NCBI GenBank assembly: GCA_035221665.1
Contig: CM069147.1
Coordinates: forward strand, 12,524,001-12,588,000
DNA: 64,000 nt
Direction of reading: 5' to 3'
Source of the DNA: Okamejei kenojei
Taxonomy: Eukaryota
The notes under the pieces are model-generated. The model was not told the DNA's origin. It ran no database searches and worked only from the letters and a program-made list of their open reading frames with translations. This document shows, in pieces, positions 40,126-52,846 of the stretch (position 1 is the stretch's first letter; each line of letters begins with the position of its first letter). The position numbers and the translations under genes are program-made.

Positions 40126-41421
40126 TGATGTATTATATTTAAGCTATTAGCAATGTGCTATGGACTGAAAAGCGAAGTAGTGACTTTGCTAATACTCACT
40201 TGATTACCCCTTTAAATTAACATGTGTTTGATTAAGCGTTGTGGACAATGCCATATGTGGTGGGATTCTTGCCAATTGCTCAATGTTCCCACCTTGATCT
40301 CCATTGGTAGATGACAAGATGGTACTTGTTATCTCTGAAAGAAAACATGGAAGCAATATAGACAACAACTGAGAAAAATCCAGAGAGAAATATTAATTCA
40401 AAGAATTTGATTTCACGATATAATATGAAATTGCACTCATTGTGAATCCTGAAAATACTTCAGTGTTTTCATGTTTTAAGCTTTCTGAGGATACCTTACA
40501 AGTATGCAGTGTTTGCTTTTTTTAAATTTCCAAATACAGATGCAAAAAGCAGAGAATTTCACTATTTAAAAAATTCAACGATAGAAACCAGCAGGCCTTT
40601 GATTCTCCCCAGTCCACAGTGAGTTTGTTAATCTTAATCATTATGTGAATAGGAAAGATTTAGAGGGTTATTATGGGCTTAATTAAGACAAATGGCACTG
40701 TGTAGATTGGGGATCTTGGCCGGTAGGGACTGGTTGGGCTGAAGGGTCTGTCCCCGTGCTGTATTAGTCTGATTCTCAAATAAGAATGCTCCAATTGAAC
40801 ACTTTCCATGACTATGAAGGACTTTTGTTAGAACTGTGTACATTTGGACATGATTTATGCGTTGGTGATCATCTGGCAAGACTAGCTGTCGGGTTCATTA
40901 AACACAACCAGATGGCATGATACTAAAAAATGGCAACTATCCATGAAGTTGTACTTCGATAAGTTTTAATGTCTGCTCTGGGAGGGAGCAGGAAATGGAT
41001 TTGGAAAGGGAAATTAATATGCCTTATTAAGAATACTTTTCCTTCTCATTAAAGGAATGCTATACATCGGAGATCTGGGTATCTTTTTAACAAGGAAGTA
41101 AACATGCAGATATAACTGGTTAATTAGGAAGCCATGTGGAATGCTGTAAAATAGATGAAGTAAATAAGGAACTCTTCCCACAGTAAATGAAAATTTAAAA
41201 AACCTGCAGTGCTACAAATCTAAAAATAAAGCAGTGCAGGAAAAACATTCAGCTGCTCAGGCAATGCGGACTGGAGGACAAGTTTAAGAATGTTGGTCAC
41301 TGCACGGCTTTTAGTTATTTCCAATGTATTCAATGTTTAATTTTCTAATGTTTTTAACATTTACATCTCAAAATATCTTGGATGGACTATCCTGGCAAAT
41401 GTTGTCAGATAGACACAAAAT

Positions 41422-43191
41422 TGATTCTTTATTTAAATCCAACTTCCCACTCTTATTGAATAAATTAAATAAGAACATTTTATATTGGAAAACTCTACCC
41501 ATCTCAATGCTAGGTAAAATTAATGTAATAAAAATGATTTTTCTTCCGCAATTATGATATCTTTTCCAATTAATTCCAATATATCTTCCTAAAAATTTAT
41601 TTAGGAAGGTGGACTCTTTAGTTACCAACTTTATCTGGGATTATAAGAGCCACAGAATAAATAAAAAAAACATTTATGTAAATCAAAAATAAATGGAGGT
41701 TTAGCACTACCAAACTTTATGTTTTATTACAGGGCAGTTAATATTAAAAATATGAATTTTTGGTTAGTAGAGACAGATAAACAATCAATTTGGTTAAGAA
41801 TGGAAAAAGAAGATTGTTCTCCTTTTGAAATTAGTTCGATAATATTTGCCAATATTAATTTAGGTAAGAAAACCTATAGTGAAAACCCTATAATAGAAAG
41901 TGGAATACGTATCTGGAAACAAATAAAGAAAACATTAAAATTGGAATCTATAACACTAGCCCTTACCATTGTAAATAATGTTACATTTAAACCTTCAATG
42001 ATAGATAAAGGCTTTTTACAATGGAAAAATAAGGGAATTAATAAGACGGGAGATCTCTACAGGGAAAATTCTTTCCTTTCATTTCAAGAATTACAACAAA
42101 TTTATGGATTACATTCAAAAGATTATTTTAGATACTTACAAATTAGAGACTATGTAAAAGCAAACACACAGGAAATTAGAAATAGAAAGACAGAAATTTT
42201 AGATGAATGTCTAAATAAACATCCGAACACAGAAAAATTGATATCATACATTTATAATATCCTATTGGAAAATGATGTCCCATTAACAGAAATATATAGA
42301 CAATCATGGGAAAACGAATTAGGTCAAATTATTAGACCAGAAGTATGGGATGAAAGTTTACAACACATACACCACTGTTTGTTAAATGCTAGACACTCTC
42401 TTATACAATTTAAAAAATTACATAGACTACATTACTCAAAATCCAAACTACATAATATTTTTTCAAATGTATATGCCATATGTGATAAATGTCAGCACTT
42501 AGAAGCTAACTTGACACACTCATTTACAAATTGTGTAAAAATTACAAAATTTTGGATAGAAATATTTAGGATAATTTTGAATGTTGTTAATATGAATCTG
42601 ACTCCTGACTCAAAGTTAATAATACTGGGAATACTGGAAACAGATCAATTAATAACACAAATCAAAGATTTTTTATTGATTATAGTTTAATAATTGGGAA
42701 AAAAATAATATTAAAATTCTGGAAAGGTCCTACATCCCCTACAATCAAAATGTGGAATACAGGAATGTCGGAGACACTCCATCTGGAAAGATTGAGGCTC
42801 GTCCTAATGGACAGGTTGGATCTTTTCAGAGGAATATGGTCTCCATACATTGAATATCTACAGGGTCAAAATGGCTCGGTGCGAGAGCCTGACTGAAACC
42901 TGAATAATGGAATAGATGAAGAAATACATATAACAAATCATGGATATAACTCCAACGATGGATAACCCAACGATATATCCAACGATGGATAACTTTTTAA
43001 TACTCCATTCACTTCCTTATTTTCGATTTTTTATCTCTATATTATTTTTCTCTATCTTTTCTTACTTATTAAAAAAAATGTATAGAAATATAAATAAGTC
43101 TTAAATGTTAATATTAATAATATTACAAATGTATGTAAGAAGTATTTTCTATTAATATGTATTTACAACTAATAAAAAATATTCATCAAAA
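41422..43191 (+). mobile_element. 5'-truncated L1-clade LINE with 15-bp TSD
   Basis: ORF2 C-terminus including WKTLPISMLGKINVIKM and the CCHC-like CDKC...THSFTNC. TSD AGATAGACACAAAAT at 41407-41421 and 43192-43206. Confidence 0.93.
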
Positions 43192-44066
43192 AGATAGACA
43201 CAAAATGCTGGAGTAACTCAGCAGATGCAACATCTCTGGAGAAAAAGGATGGGTGATGTTTTATCTCCAAACTAAAAACTGAAGGAACCTGAGGGACAAC
43301 TTTTATACACATAGAGTGGTAGGCATATGGAACGAGCTGCTGGAGGAGGTAGTTGAGGTGGTTGCTATCACAACATTAACAAAAACATTTGGACAGATTC
43401 ATGACTAGGTTAGGTTCAGAGGCATATGGGCCAATCGCAAGTAGGTGGGATAGTGTAGATGGGGCATGTTGGTCGGCATGGGCACGTTGGGCTGAATGAG
43501 ATGATTTAAGTTTGGTGTTGTGACAACCTGACATTGAACTGCTGTGTTGGATTAGAATGATTTAATTGACTACCTAGATGTGTGTGTGGCCACACACGAG
43601 TCTGAAAGGAAATCCTCAACCTCCAGCACTGTTAAAATATATCCTGACCAAAAATTTGAATGCATAAAGGGCATTGAATCCACAAAATATAACTGCCGCT
43701 CAAGTGCAGATAACCATCATGTGCTTTGCAAGTACGCACATACATTTCATGCCAAGTAAGTTGTCAGCGAGATAGCCTGGTGAGTAATTATCTGACCATT
43801 CTGACTCTTTTGGTTCAACAGTTTCAATTTTATTTTTATTTTCTAAAAGTTTGCAGCAACTATGTACATAGGCATTTGAAAAGTGAAGGATTGGATATAG
43901 TTGTAAGAATATACCGCTGAGCCTCAGGAATGCAAATTTGCAATGAGAAGCAATTTACCAATTCAGGACATTGACCTTTATATAATTTGTTTATTCATAA
44001 TTAATTCAAATAAAATATTCTTTATAATTTCACCTGTTTTGAAAATGCTATTGTGTTTAGTATTTT

Positions 44067-44672
44067 AGTATAGAGATGCAGCGCGGAAACAAGCCCTTCG
44101 CCCGCTGAGTCCGTGCCGACTAGCGATTCCCGCACACTAACCTACATACACGAGGGACAAAAAAAATCACAATTTTGTCAAGCCAAATAACCTACAAACG
44201 TGAACGTCTTTGGAGTGTGGGAGGAAACCGGAGCACCCGGGGAAAACCCACACACGTCACGGGGAGAACGTACAAACTCCATACAGACAGCACCTGTAGT
44301 CAGGATCGAACCCGGGTCTCTGGCATTGTAAAAGCCCTGTCCCACTCTACGAGTTCATTCATGTGCTCTCCCGAGTTTAAAAAAAAATCAAACTCGTGGT
44401 AAGAACGTAGCGGGTACGTTGGAGCTCGGGGACGTCTCTTAGCGGCTCGTAACGCTAATGGCAGGTACTCGGGAAATGCAGTAAGCTCGGGAAGGCACGT
44501 GAAGATTTTTCAACATGTTGAAAAATGTCCACGAGAGTTCCGAGTACCTACGAGCGGCCATTACCGTAAATCTTCGAGTTCGAATCGGGGCAAACTCGGG
44601 AGGATTCTTTGAATGAACTCGTACAGTGGGACAGGGCTTTAAGGCTGCAACTCTACTGCTGCGCTACCATGC
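44067..44672 (-). mobile_element. V-SINE interrupted by a MITE
   Basis: The SINE sequence is continuous across the 44332-44639 insertion. Confidence 0.85.
44332..44639. mobile_element. PIF/Harbinger-type MITE
   Basis: TIRs AAGCCCTGTCCCACT / AGTGGGACAGGGCTT extend into longer imperfect inverted repeats. 3-bp TAA TSD at 44329-44331 and 44640-44642. A related terminus lies at about 51776. Confidence 0.85.
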
Positions 44673-45867
44673 TGTCTGTGAAACGCATTTAAAATTAATA
44701 ATTTGATTTAACTGCCATTATTAATGTAACTGACATGAGTTAAATAGAAACTATAACATTGTGTTTTGCTAAATCAAATGGCTTACCCAGGATATAAAAG
44801 ATTTCAAAATACTGTATTCAAAATATTAACTCCCTCAAATAATTGCTGGAAACATCCACAACAAAGCAACCAAAACAACACTCTTACCTTTGGTAACATT
44901 TATGCATTGGAGTCAAAAGTTATTGCGGATATTGGATTTTCTCTCTGGAACTATTTTGCTACCATGCTGAGAACTATATTCTGCACTCTTGTATCTGTCT
45001 CTCCGCTCTACCATTTGTACCTGTTTGCCTGATTGTATTCATGCATAGTATTATCTGTTTAGTTTGGGTAACACACTATCTCAGTGCACATGAAATAATA
45101 AACCTAACCTCGGTTGTTGATCCAAAGACACTCCAGAAACCTGTCACGTCAGTGCTGTGCTTCAAAAGTACTGCATTGTCAGGATATATATTACAAATAA
45201 GATATTAAACTTAATTCTGTCTGGAATCTAGATTCTGCCTTGAAGATCCTTTTACATTATTTTGGGTAGAATGTGGAGTTTTTCATTTTGATTTTTGTAG
45301 AAGACCGTGTGGTATGTCGGGTAAATTCATGCTCAAGGTGGAATTAGGAGGCAAGTAATAAAATGGTTTGCAAAGTATAAGCAAGTTCGGTATTCCGATT
45401 GCGCGTGCCCAGGTCATAGGTCACTCGTGATAAACGTTCTCGGCAGCTGTGCTGCTGCATGAATACAGGCCTGTGTTTCATCCGTAGTCAGGATGGAACC
45501 CGGGACTCCGGTGCTGCAAGCGCTGTTGAATTGCTACTGGTCCGTCCCCGTCCCTGTCCCCTCCGGGTGTCCTATCCCTGTCTTGGGGCGGCCGGAGATG
45601 TCCCTGGATTGACAGGACACCGGCCCGTTGCAGTGGCGGCCCTGGCTTAAGGCCAGCACGGAGAAGAAGCGCTAACTCCAGCTCAACTTTGCCTGTCCTG
45701 CCAGGTTAACCGACAGCCCTGGACTGACGGGACACCGGACCAGAGCAGTGAGGTAGCGCTTCTTGTATGCACATGTATAACCACAAACCGACAAATGAAT
45801 AAACAATGACTGTGCACCGTCAAATAGAATGCCCCAGTTCTAGAAGGAAGGATCTGGGATGAGCATT

Positions 45868-46005
45868 CTTCTTCTTGCGTATGGCGTGCACAGCCTAAAG
45901 TCGCAGGACAACTTGTTCTGTGTGATCTTATTTGATTGTGCATGCCGGGTTGATTGCATTCGTCGAAACAAGGCAGACCACGTGAAGGTTGCAATCTCCC
46001 ACCCC
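45868..46005 (-). mobile_element. 138-bp non-autonomous retroelement with ribozyme head and (AAG)n tail
   Basis: TSD GGGAT(G/A)AGCATT at 45856-45867 and 46007-46018. The minus-strand 3' end reads CTGTGCACGCCATACGC(AAG)n. Confidence 0.8.
45952..46005 (-). ncRNA. Minimal HDV-like (CPEB3-type) self-cleaving ribozyme
   Basis: GGGGUGG(P1) GA GAUUGCA(P2) ACC(P3) UUCACGU(L3) GGU(P3') CUGCCUU(P1') GU UUCGA CGAA(J4/2) UGCAAUC(P2'). P2 and P3 are fully Watson-Crick. P1 has 3 G-C and 4 G-U pairs. Confidence 0.8.
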
Positions 46006-47759
46006 AGGGATAAGCATTGAAGCTGCTACATTGTAATAGAACTTTAACGGAAGTTCTTTATTAATATTGAGTTGCTTTAAAATCATATTTTGCCATTAAT
46101 TAGAAAAACAATACCTATGTCACAGTTTGCATCCTCTCAATTACAAAAGCAACATGCATCCCACCTCTCATGCTAAATGAGTGAACCTATTTCCTGAGTT
46201 GTTATTTCAATAGGTTCAGAAGTGATAATGTGACAAGTGCGGTAGGTGCACAAATGACAAGGCAAGATAAGAGACAAGAGACATTTATTGTCACATGCAC
46301 CAACCGGTAAAGTTAAATTTGTGGTCAAGTGCAGCTTCAGCCTATGATTCCACTTCCTTGTCAAAAGTTCCCTTATATAGTAAAGAGGCAACTGATATAT
46401 CCACCGCTCAAACAAAGGAGGCAGGTGCATATTCTTGTGTAAAATAATCTATTTGCTTCCTAACGTGTGCGTGACACAAATGAATATTACTTAAAGGTGA
46501 TATCGTTTGCTCAGTGTTTAAAAGTAGCAGTACTCCCACCACATTAATTTGCATGCATATTAATATTGAGGTCTTAAGGCATGGCCTTTGCAATAAGCAA
46601 TTTAACTTTCCTGCACTTACAACAGCATGCATATTTTAAGATGAAAAAAGTAAGCAAAAATCACAAGTTAAAGCTGCACTTGTACCCCTCACAATCATCT
46701 CACCATTTTTGTAACAGGAATAATTTGCAGTTCTATATCAACAGTTACAATACCTGTGATGTTTAAGCAGAACTTGGATGCTGTTTTGTGCTAGATTTGA
46801 GATAATGGCATAAAAATTGAGACTGCAACCAGGCCAATTGAGACTGCAACCAGGCCAATATAACTGTACAATCTGGGTTTCCCTTAAAGATGGTTAAGTC
46901 GTGTAAAAACATAGCAGAGGCTGGGATTGATTTATTCAACCAATGCCATTCAAAGAGAAAGCCTTTGGTAGATAGTAGCGTAAAATGGACAAAATTAGTA
47001 ACATTGTTTCAGCCACACTTTATGTGTGTAGCCTTATTTTAACTTTCCAGTACATACATTTTAAAACTCTGGTTCTCTAAAATATATATATATTTAAGCT
47101 GTACTTTTTAAAAAAAAGAGATTTGTAAAGCACCCAATACTTGTACAGTTACTTTTTGTGTCAACTTAAAACTTATCTGCAAGAGATATTTTAAGCGAAC
47201 AAATACAATCATCTTATTACATATGTTCATATCATGCATTAATTTTAAGAGAATAAACCCAGGGTCTGTCGTGATATTTGGGTTATTGACAACTTCAAAT
47301 GTTATTTCTTTGCTATTATTTATTCTTGGAATGTGAGTAAAGCTAATGGGCCTGCTTTAATTGCCAATCGTAATTCAATCAGTTTAGAAACAGAACATAC
47401 AGGCTTAACTGTATCGTAACAAAGCTCTCCCATCATCCATTAGAACTAGAAGCAAAGAGATCTTTGGAAACTCATAGCATTCAGCAGTTCCATTAATTTA
47501 GCACCTTGCCTCATATTCCTAGTTTCCCAAACAATTCTCGGGACCAACCCGACATTTCCTCTTCTAGAAGATAGGAAAGGTTTAGAGGAATTTGGGCCAA
47601 AGTGGCAAGGTGGGATTAGCATAGATGGGGCATCTTGGTCGGCATGGGCAAGTGGGGATGAAGGGCCTGTTTCTGCGTTGTATGACCGTCTCCAAGATGT
47701 AAGACCACCACCTCTTCTCCAACTTCTAGTGCAAAACTGCTTCTTCCAGATTTTTCAGT

Positions 47760-48059
47760 TTAGTTCAGAGATACAGCTTAGAAACACGCCCTTTGGCCCA
47801 ACATGTCCGTGCCAAACATCGACCGCCCATATACTAGTCCAATGTCCTGCACACTATGGTCAATTTTACAGAAGCCAGTTAACCTACAAACCTCCATGTC
47901 TTTGAAATGTGGGAGAAAACTGGAGCACCCAGAGAAAACCCACCCAATCACAGGGAGAATGTACAAACTCTGCACAACAGCACCTGTAGTCAGTATTGAA
48001 CCTGGGTCTCTGGCACAGTGAGGCAACAGCTCCACCGCCACACCACTGTGCTACTGCCC
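47760..48059 (-). mobile_element. V-SINE
   Basis: Same family as the other copies. Confidence 0.8.
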
Positions 48060-48423
48060 AGATTAATAATGATATTGTTACAATTTTAATAATTTGTTAA
48101 TAATACGAACAGCAGCATTAATGCCTCTAGAAACTACTCCAGCATTTTAATTTTAAAAAGTGTGGATTGGCTATTGGGGAATCTCACCCAAATTACACCA
48201 TACAAAATGAATCATAAGTTATCTGTGAGGGTCTTGCCAGCATAATGAAAAGTAAAAAAACTTACAGTTTATTAATTGAACATTTAATTATTCATAATGC
48301 TTTAGGACAGTGCCTTGGGATGTTTTTCTGTACATGGATACGTAACGCCACTTAGGGAAAGGTCTGTGCGTCCAACTGGTATGATAGCCTGAACATTTCT
48401 TTAACTGTAACAACATTAAGGCT

Positions 48424-48600
48424 AAGATAGCCACAAAAAGCCGGAGTAACTCAGCTGGAAAGTTGTCTGACGAAGGGTGTTGACCTGAAACATCACCCAT
48501 TCCTTCTCTCCAGAGATGCCTGCCTGTCCCGCTGCGTTCCTCCAGTTTTTTGTGTCTATGTTCGGTTTAAACCAGCATCTGCAGTCCCTTCCTACACAAG
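48424..48600 (+). mobile_element. Penelope pLTR-derived short element with 9-bp TSD
   Basis: TSD ATTAAGGCT at 48415-48423 and 48601-48609. Inverted 5' segment, then a CTGACGA...GAAAC hammerhead-like core. Confidence 0.75.
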
Positions 48601-50623
48601 ATTAAGGCTCGCATCCAACATTGAGAGGGAGTAATTCATGCTTGGGGTTTATGTAATGCAGAAATGACCTGCAGAATCCTTTTTCTTTTTAGGAACTTAC
48701 CGGAAAAGCTGGCCATCAGTCCATCATTGAAACTATCGAGGTTGAGAATAAAAGTCTCCTTGAATAATTACTTGAGTTCAGCAGTTTGTCTTAATTATTA
48801 AAAACAAAACAAAATTCCTTTAAACTGGCTAACACAGTGCACTAAAGTAAAGGGACTGTAGATTGCTTGCAGTTTCCAAAGATCTCACAGCCTCTGGTAA
48901 AATTCCTACAAATGAACCTCAAAATCCACCTTGAGGTAATTAAGCGAGTGACTTAATAGTTACACTTAGCACCAAGGTGTGTGGATCGCGGATCGGCCTC
49001 TACAGACATCTGTAGACCCACAAGTAGATGACCCTATGGAGAGGATAGGACAGTCATACTCGTTTCGAATGACCATCTATGACGATGAGTTACACTTTAT
49101 TAAAGTTATTAAATTGTATGAGCTGCTGAAGATTTGTTATTGATCAACCAATTGGAGTACATGTTGCTAGTTCCATTTAAATGACATCATACCCCATCGC
49201 CCTTTCCTTCTCTCCAGAGATGCTGCCTCACCCGCTGAGTTACTCCAGCATTCGGTGTCCACCTTCGATGTAAACCAGCATCTGCAGTTCTTTCTTACAC
49301 ATTGAGAGATTAACCTGATGGGGTTTACTTGAAATGATTAACATGGATTATTTTGGATTTTTAAATGTATTTCTGAATCATTGTTTAAATATTGTTGGTG
49401 ATGCAAGTGTATTTCAAAAATATCTTTAACGCTTCTAAACGTATTTCTGTTGTTGCCTCTGCTTTCGGACAAAAATATCCCTTCATTGGTCTCCTCACCT
49501 CCAACCCCCCCACACTCGCGTACACATGCACACACCATCCTCGAATCTGTGCTGCCTAATGTGGATGGTTTGATGGAGATTAAGTTGACACAAAAAGTAA
49601 CTGTACAAGTATTGGGTGCTTTACAAATCTCTTTTTAAAAAAAAGTACAGCTTAAATATATATATATTTTAGAGAACCAGAGTTTTAAAATGTATGTACT
49701 GGAAAGTTAAAATAAGGCTACACACATAAAGTGTGGCTGAAACAATGTTACTAATTTTGTCCCTTTTACGCTACTATCTACCAAAGGCTTTCTCTTTAAA
49801 TGGCATTGGTTGAATAAATCAATCCCAGCCTCTGCTATGTTTTTACACGACTTAACCATCTTTAAGGGAAACCCAGATTGTACAGTTATATTTAAAAATC
49901 AAAAAAATATACACCAGAGGCTGTGCAATTGTCCTCTTAGCATCTTGGACCAGACAGGGGTGATGCTGTTGTCAGGATTGAAGTGGGTCTCTGGTGCTGT
50001 AAGGCAGCTGCTCTCTCGCTGCGCCACCGTGTCGCCCCAAAACTTGGAGATGAATGTTTCCAGTCCTTCTGTGGCCTTATCCTTGACCTTGCCATATACC
50101 GCAGCATTTGAGAGCACGCACAAAGGCGTATTGTGATACACGATGGAATGTCACTAATTGTTCATTCTGCAGTCGGCCTCAATGCCTGATTAACTCTATG
50201 TCACGCAGACACCAACAAGGATCTGCATTCCTCCATAAGAGCGCTGCACCTGTGTTGTGGGTAAATTGAATGGCCACCATAACATGGGGAAAGTTCAGTG
50301 TCATATCAAAACACCTGCAATTAAATTAATTATTTTAGATCAGCTACGCACAGTTATGAACCAGTTGGAGAGAATACCCGGGTGTCGGATGTTCAACCTC
50401 CCCAGGTAGGGGAGTATAAGAGTAAAGTGAGTCCAGAATATAAATAGATATATATTGCGCTTCATAGTATAGCATAACTTTAGTACTGCATGAATGATCT
50501 ATTAGATATTTTCCTGGCCATTTCTTTCATGTGTAAGTAATGTACTTTGAATCTCCTAAAGTTGATTTTTATTTTGTACGATGTTTTTTATTCCAGAATT
50601 ACTGAAATGTTTTTTTGTTTCAG

Positions 50624-50674
50624 GTCATTACATTGTGGCGGGCATTTTTACTGCCTAATCGGGTCCCTGCTAAG
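50624..50674 (+). CDS. CARMIL2: CARMIL2 coding exon 3
   Basis: tttcag|GTC...AAG|gtaagc. Translates VITLWRAFLLPNRVPAK, matching the CARMIL motif (L/T)xWRA(F/Y)LL...P.K. Confidence 0.9.
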
Positions 50675-51279
50675 GTAAGCTCCAATGATCACCGACTAAG
50701 CTCTAATGATCTTTTATCTTTGCCCATTTTTATGTTCATTTTCACTATTGAATAAAATATTTAAATTGTAAATAGTCAGGTTCGAACCTGGCTCTCTGGC
50801 CTGGCTTTCTTTAGATTAGAAAGGTCTTGCTGGAACCTTGACATTGACTGCTAAATTACCAACTTTTCAAAGTTTAAATCATTAACAGAACTTGTGGTAT
50901 GTAAGAGAATTTCCAATCTGGTTCCTAATAAACCAATTAGAAATGTTTTCTCAGAGCCATCACCTTGTTAGAAAAGTTATTTATATAGGTTTTAGGCCAA
51001 GTATCTAGCCCTGACTGTATTAATATATAACAGTCTCCTGTTAAATTTTCTATTTCTCAATTTTCTCCCACTAACCCGTTAACTTCTTGTATTGGATACG
51101 GGCGAAATTAGTTAATTAATACCCTTGTGGCATCAGCGGTGATCACACTGACACTCGCAGTAGGGTGCACTCAAGTAGTTTATTCTATTTCCAGTGGTAA
51201 GAAAGTCCAGGACCACATGGAAGAGCTGTCTCTCCCCATCAGAGCACAAGTGTAATGATGTTGGCGATCTCAGGACTGC

Positions 51280-51737
51280 GACTTCCATATAAAGAAAGAC
51301 TGGATAGACTTAGCTTGTACTCGCTGGAATTTAGAAGATTGAGGGGTGATCTCATAGAGACTTATAAAATTCTTAAGGGGTTGGACAGGCTAGATGCAGG
51401 AAGATTGTTCCCGATGTTGGGGAAGTCCAGGACAAGGGCTCACAGTTTAAGGATAAGGGGGAAGTCTTTTAGGACCGAGATGAGAAAATCGTTTTTCACA
51501 CAGAGAGTGGTGAATCTGTGGAATTCTCTGCCACAGAAGGTAGTTGAGGCCAGTTCGTTGGCCATATTTAAGAGGGAGTTGGATGTGGCCCTTGTGGCTG
51601 AAGGGATCAGGGGGTATGGAGAGAAGGCAGGTACGGGATACTGAGTTGGATGATCAGCCATGATCATATTGAATGGCGGTGCAGGCTCGAAGGGCCGAAT
51701 GGCCTGCTCCTGCACCTAATTTCTATGTTTCTATGTT
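51280..51737 (+). mobile_element. Young CR1 3' fragment
   Basis: Intact C-terminal ORF (51255..51644) and a (TTTCTATG)n tail. Confidence 0.92.
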
Positions 51738-51944
51738 TTAGTCCGGTTCTTCGAAGGAGGGGGTGTGGCAATCTTAAGGGCCTGTCCCACTTAGGCGATT
51801 TTTTAGATGGCTACAGGCGACTAGGTTGTTGCCACATGGTCGCCGGGCTGTCGCCTGTGTGGGCGTGAGTGGTCTCCCCAGTCGCCCAAAGAATCGTAGC
51901 GTTTTTCTGGTCGTCGCTGGATTTTGAAATTTTCAAAAAATTTC

Positions 51945-52846
51945 TAGGTGCTGCAAGCGCAAATGTGCAGTCACCCCTGAGCTTAAACCTAGACCGCGGG
52001 ATAGTCAGTAGCCTCAAGTCGGCCGACCTGAGGGACCTGGAGATAGAATGGTGGGTTAGAAGATTTTTGATATGGGGGGGGGGGGGGGAAGCCCATTAAG
52101 GGCTTTGTATACATATAGGAGGAGCTTGAAGTTGATTCTGTACCGTACTGGGAGCCAGTGGGGAGAGGCCAGAATCGGGGTGATGTGGTCCCTTTTACGG
52201 GTACCCGTCAGAAGTCTCGCTGCGGCGTTTTGAACCAATTGCAGGCGGGACAGGGATGATTGCTTGATGCCAGTGTATAGGGAGTTGCAGTAGTCAAGGC
52301 GGGAGGAGATGAAGCTGGAAGAAACTAGCTTTTACCACAGAGTTGACTTGCTTGTCAAACGTTAATGCAGAGTCAAGTATCACGCCAAGGTTTTTGACGT
52401 GCGGTTTGACTAAGGAGGTTAGGCTTCCAAGGCTGCCTGTTATTGTTTGATGGAGTCGGAGGGGCTGAGTAGGATGACCTCAGACTTGCTCTCGTTTAGT
52501 TGGAGGAAGTTCTGTGCCATCCAACAATTTATGTCCTCGAGGCAGTGCATGAGGCTGATTAAATTTGACCGGTTGTTGGGTTTCAGGGGGAGATAGAGCT
52601 GTGCGTCATCTGCATAACAGTGGAAATAAATGCCGTGCCTTTGAATGACTTGGCCGAGGGGGAGCATGTACAGAGAGGAGAGAATGGGGCCTAGGATGGA
52701 GCCTTGTGGCACCCCGCAGAAAAGGCTAGCCGGGGAAGAGAAAGAATTGCCTATGTTGGTAGAGAAACTCCTACTTTTGAGGTAGGAAACAAACCAGCTC
52801 AGGGCAGTGCCACAAGATGGCGCTGGCAGTCTCTGGATTATCCTGA
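51945..52846 (-). mobile_element. L2-clade LINE RT and C-terminal fragment
   Basis: GVPQGSILGP, YADDAQLY, and QNAAARLLTG..DHITPIL..HWLPV..RINFK motifs. Confidence 0.9.
52809..52825 (+). promoter_or_regulatory. Candidate CTCF-binding motif
   Basis: GCCACAAGATGGCGCTG at the edge of the L2 fragment. Motif match only. Confidence 0.45.

Larger units (their letters stand above)
46857..49892. repeat. 313-bp near-perfect inverted repeat pair (46857-47169 and 49580-49892)
   Basis: The arms are reverse complements with only a few differences. The spacer is about 2.4 kb. A 21-bp tandem duplication abuts the left arm. Confidence 0.95.

Noticed and set aside
46857-49892. Inverted repeat as TIRs of an autonomous DNA transposon
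   Set aside because: There is no transposase and no distinct TSD, and the spacer consists of old unrelated repeats.
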